The notes under the pieces were generated by a model. It had not been told where the DNA came from. It did no database searches and saw nothing but the letters and a program-made list of their open reading frames with translations. From Octopus vulgaris (Eukaryota), in contig OX597814.1 in the NCBI GenBank assembly GCA_951406725.2, positions 165,044,001-165,108,000 on the forward strand: a stretch of DNA of 64,000 bases, given 5' to 3'. This document shows, one piece after another, positions 58,960 to 64,000 of the stretch (its first letter is position 1; every line of letters starts with the position of its first letter). A program made the translations under genes and the position numbers.

Positions 58960-59672
58960 TAATTAGGTATTTTATCTTGATATTTGGTGACAAGTCTTCT
59001 CAAATTTCAAGAATCTTCTTTCGGGTTCTTGTAGAATATAGGATGTTCTTTTTCTGCAGTTCGACAATGCAAGTTTCAATTCGAATCTATTTCAGGCTTT
59101 TATGTAGAATTTTGAGTAATGTGCCGAGTGCACAATAATTGTTGTCTTGCACAATAATTACTGTCTTGGTCTTCCACAGTTTCCTCACCTATCTGGCTAA
59201 ATCCTGATATTTCTCAGTTTCTTTCAATTTTTTTTTTTTTAGTATCGACTCTGCTATCATAACAATTGCAAAATCTATGAGCATACGTTGTCCTGTATAA
59301 TCATATCTTCTTGCTTCAATTGTATGGTCAGTCTTTATGGAGAAAGATTTACAAGATCTTGTAATTCTCCATTTCTGTCACAGAATTTGGTTTGTGTTCT
59401 TACCACTTTTCTGATGGTTTGAAGTCACATTCTCAGCTACCATCTAACATCTCAATGCACTTTTTTTACCTATACAGTCATGTCTGCGCTTATACTCCTT
59501 TTGTGCTAGTATACTGCACTCATTCAAAAGGGGATCAATCATTTTGTCTTCTTTCCTGCAGATTCTAAATTTGCTGTCTGACTTAGTTTTGTCCACCTTT
59601 AGGTTAATCGGATTTGTGCATTTTCCTGAGTGCTATAATTAGCGTTTCTGTCTGTCGCTTCAAGTTCCCGTC
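58960..59672 (-). pseudogene. Old R4/Dong-type LINE 3' fragment
   Basis: Minus frames GNLKRQTETLII, RICRKED..ECSILAQKEYKRRHD, KTDHTIEARR, EKYQDLAR..RKLWK. Confidence 0.8.
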
Positions 59673-60563
59673 TGATGAAAGTGAAATGAGAGTATTCTAA
59701 TTCGTATGTTTCGCGTTATTTTGAATGTCTTTATACTTTCGAAGATATCTATGTATCTCTCTTTCTTTTTCTATCATTCCTTGTGCTTCTAACTCTTTTC
59801 CCCCTCTCTGAATGTACGTATATCAATATATACTTATGTGTATGCGTTACATGTATACGTGTGTACGCGTCTTTTTTTAAATGCATACGTACAAACACAA
59901 ATATGTATTATGTATTCATATAAAATGATAGCTGATTTGGGTCCTATCACAGGAATTCTCTATGTCCCTTGTAACCGATATAAAACATTCAATGCCATAG
60001 TCTATCTATTTCTCAGTATATACACTCATGAGCTACATTTCAGTGTCATAGGCAAAAATAAACCCTAACACAGATAAGTGAGGCGTTAGCTTTCTTTCAA
60101 GACTGAGTTGAAATCCTCCAGCGGATAAACGATTTGATTTACTAGAATGCTTATCAAAATAAGAATATATTTTGCAAATTATTAACTTTGGGAAGAAAGA
60201 AAGAAAAAAAGAAAGAAAAGAAAAGGAAGAAAGAAAGAAAGAAATTATATTTTATCCGATTTTTACTTTGGACTCTTCTCAAACAACAAGCAGTTACAAG
60301 TATACATATAAATATCTTCTCAAATTAAAATCAGTCAGTAGTCCAACGCAATATCCAAATCCAGCTTTACCCCCATCGTTAGCACCGACTTTGCCCACTA
60401 AATATTTTGATCAAATCTCTGTTTTTACCAACTGTTTCTTCCCTCAAAAGGCTATTTGTGTCCAAGGCTATCTGACGACTCTATTTTTGCACTCCTTTTA
60501 GCCTACACTTATTCCTCAAACCCATTTATTCTACTAAGTATCTTAATATTTATTCCACAGGCA

Positions 60564-60745
60564 AAGGCGGCAATCGAGCAGAATTATTAGCACGTCGGAC
60601 AAAATACTTAGCGGCATTACGTCCGTCTTTACGTTCTGAGTTCAAATTCCACCAAGCTCTATTTTGCTTTCAATGGGAAAAGACTAGGGCTGGTATAATC
60701 GTACACCTTCCCCGAACTTGCTGGCCTTGTGCCAAAATTTGAACC
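60564..60745 (+). mobile_element. SINE family 1 (internally deleted)
   Basis: Head, B box GAGTTCAAATTCC and tail ggccttgtgccaaaatttgaa. Confidence 0.75.
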
Positions 60746-61696
60746 CAATATGTATTTCACAGACTAGAAATGCTCTTTACTTTATTTCTTGGCGTTCCCC
60801 AAATATGTGACTCCCCAGGCGATAACCCGAGGTGATTGGCATGTTAAAACATGCGTTGTTGTTTTCTTTAAAAAAAATATTAACACCAGCTGAATTCTAA
60901 GTATTTTCATTTTTTTAATGAACATATAGTGGGATGGAACGTTCACAAATATCTTCTGAATCATTTCCGCGTGTAATAAGTTTCCTTTGTTTTGGTTTGA
61001 TGTAAAACTTTAAAAAGTACGAGATCTTTTATGCAACAAGCACAACAGAAGCATGGCGACTAAGTCACATTATCCAATATATCCTCTTTAAAAGAGTAAG
61101 GTGTAATTTGAAGTACATTTAGCTGCTTTTTCCAGCGGGTCGAACTACCACACAGTGGATGGCTCACTGGCACGTACATTCATTAATCTTACCAACATGT
61201 GTTCCGAAAACAATCTACGTATGGCTTTTGTCAAAAGTTCTTTTCTTGTTGCTTGTGAAGTACTTATCTTCGTATCAATGAAACTCAATCATGCCGTTAA
61301 AACCAGACCTATGGCAATAACTCAGTCAAGTGTATTGTATACGAAATATAAATACGCCAGGGCTTCACATAAATAATATTGAGTTGAAAAGTTTCGATTA
61401 ACTGACAATTAGCACTGCAAAAAACTTCCTCTGAGAGTATGTAAAATCTAAAAGCAATAAATAAAGAAGATACAGGGGGTAGCTCTGATAAAATTGTTTA
61501 AGATTCATTATCAGCGTCACTACTTGTATTGCCATATACATTATAGTATTATAAAATAATATAGTCAATGCTATATACACAGGGAAGGCCATCAAACCAA
61601 TAATAAACACGCGCGTTGGTTTTATTCCTTTATTTTAATTTATCAATTGGTTAACCATCTGACAAATTAACTAATCAAGCATTTGATTGGTTAAAC

Positions 61697-64000
61697 CAGT
61701 GGTTCTTAACCATTTTACTACCACGCCTCTCCTAGGAATTTGTCCTTCTCTCCACGCCCCCTTGCATCTATAAATAAAATCCACTCCCAGATTTTAAATA
61801 AAATCTAAAATAGGTTTTTAGCTCTTTTATTGAATATGAATTAGCCACATTGAACAAAATATGTATAATTTTATATACAATCACATTATACAAAAAGTGA
61901 GATACTTGACACTGCTTCTTAGCTACAAGATCTTGAATGCGTGATTGAATACCAGAGAGTGACAACGTAAGTTCCTTTCAACGTTCAGCCTGTTTCTGTA
62001 CCTGGTCATGACAGCAACGAGCGTGGAAAATGCAGCTTCACAAAGAGACGTGGATCCAAACATAGCTAAAATCCGAAGAGCCTGATGTGAGATCAGAGGG
62101 TAAATAGAAAGGTACTTGATCCAGAACGTTTCAGGATTCAGTTCTTTGAAGTCTTCCTTAGCTGGGGAAACTCCCTTTCTACTTCATCCAAAACATCAAT
62201 CACTTGACATTGAAACGGTATTCTGATGAATTTACTGGAAAGTATATAATGAATTCTGTTTTCAAGTCGGTTAGTTGAGTGATTATTTGTTTCTTTAACT
62301 CAGAATCAAGGTTACCGCGAGTGAGAGCAGAATCCAAGTAATTAAAACTGGCTGTATTTCCCTGCTGAATTCGACATTTCAAGAGGCCGAGTTTGGCCAC
62401 GAAGGCTCCAATGGTGTGGTGCGTGAGAATGTTGATGTTTTTCCCTTTTAGTTTAAGGCTGAGTGCATCAACCTTTCGAAGATGTCCACCAGGTATGCTA
62501 GAGATACTGGAACTTGTCATGGAGATCTGCCTTCTGCTGCAAATCTAGAAATATTGCTTCTTATTCTCGTAGCTCATAAAGCCGTCCAAGCATGTTTTCT
62601 TTTGATAGCCATCGTACGTTCGTGCGAAAAAGCAATGCTTCATGTTCGGATTCCATATCTTTACACAACAGTTTGAAAAGACGACTGTTTAAGCTCCGTC
62701 TTTAACACAGTTGACAACCTTGATAGCTACGTTCAGGACATTTCTCATTTCAGTAGGGAAGGTTCTGGATGCTAAGGCTTCACGATAAAGTATGCAGTGT
62801 GTAGCTACAAAAGATGGATTTTTTCCTTCACCCTAGTAATGAATCCAGACTGCAGACCAAGCATGGCTGGAGCTTCATCAGTGCACATCCCTACCAGCGA
62901 ATCCCACAAAAGTTGATTTTCCTGAAAGAAGTTTGATACATCACGAAACATAGCTGCTGCTGTTGTACAACTATCCATAGGGTGACAGAACAACATTTCC
63001 TCTTTTACACAATTGCCTGAAACAAAAAGAGCATACACCAGTAGCTGAGCAATGTCAGTCGCTTCGTCTGAGTAATGTCAGTAGCTTCGTCACACTGGAA
63101 TGGTAAAAGCAGGAGAATCTCTTACTTGGTCGGGAATTTGATCTTTTGATGTCTTGAGACAAGTCGTCGATCCTCGCCTTGACTCTATCATTTGATAGTG
63201 AAATCTGGGAAAAAGCTTGTTCGGTCTATCTTCCCCCAGAACGAGTTCTGCTGCACGGAGTAGACTTGGTTTCATGAGAGTCTCTCCGATGTTATGGTTC
63301 TTCTTGCTCTTTGCAATCAACATGGCAATCTCATAGAAAGCCTGAACAACCATTGAAGTTTGTTGCCGAAATGGCCCACTACCGTCCAACTTAGCTTGCT
63401 TCAAGGAATGTCTTTTTGTTTCGAAGACTGGGTTTGTCTGCAAGAGCACGACGTGTTGTCCTCAAGTGGCATTCCAAGCGTGAGGTTTGCATTCCATCAT
63501 TGCTCAAAGTTTTGTAACATATCACAAACTGGGGGACTTCTATGTCACCCTTTTGGGGGGACACAAATCCAAATCGAATATATTCGTCAAGATACTTCCG
63601 ATTTTTAGCACTCATTGCGAAATATTTGATGCGCAGTGGACGACACAAATATGTGAAAAAAAGATAAGACACGTGTAAGGTAATATCAAGACCCAAATTA
63701 GAACGCTTGGAGTAAAAAATTAAAACAAAAAAAAATTGGAATAAAAGTTAAATTAAAAGAAAAGTTATACGAAAAATTTATACAATATTGTATTTATTTG
63801 TTCGAAAATATAAAAAAAAAGTTTCTTTAAAAAGGAAAAGATTTTGCATAGCTTTTAGTTTTACCTAGTACTTTCTGTAATATTTGAATTTGAATTTTAG
63901 TTTAACATTTGGCTTTATATCTAATTTCTTTTCTTACAAAAAATTTACTATATATTTAGCATAAACATTTAATACTAAAAGTTTTGGTTGTAATGTTATA
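61697..64000 (-). mobile_element. hAT (Charlie/Buster group) transposon with frameshifted transposase; other end lies outside the window or is lost
   Basis: TIR CAGTGGTTCTTAACC at 61697; minus ORF pieces RKYLDEYIRFGF..P..VIC..TLSN..M..S.L..HL, EIAMLIAKSKKNHNIGETL, CTDEAPAMLG, HCILYREALAS, FGSTSLCEAAFS, RIQDLVAKKQCQVSH. Confidence 0.92.

Overview
This is an AT-rich eukaryotic non-coding window saturated with microsatellites. The SINE and repeat repertoire resembles an octopus/cephalopod genome (inference). I see no convincing host protein-coding gene. Nearly all listed ORFs are translations of simple repeats or decayed transposons. Recognisable content: DNA transposon remnants (maT/DD37D, mariner, Tc1, Chapaev3-like, hAT-Charlie/Buster), two non-autonomous Helitrons, several R4/Dong-type (RLE) LINE fragments lying in (AAT)n or (ACAT)n tracts, at least four tRNA-derived SINE families, six copies of a ~550-bp non-coding retroposon embedded in (AAT)n, and a 3.03-kb pure (AAT)n tract. 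The signal not explained by the ORF track is a dense set of short Penelope-like (pLTR-type) elements, mostly abutting (TA)n, that carry hammerhead-ribozyme folds. Two have canonical cores and complete folds (308-393 +, 18800-18858 -). A multi-copy family has a CUGUNGA core and a sister element has CCGACGA. A fold-back pair has GUGAACA, which is an exact swap of the C3:G8 tertiary pair to G3:C8. A possible circularly permuted version occurs at 1.3 kb and 52.4 kb. Several of these sit in long palindromes. All folds were read by eye and no activity is shown.
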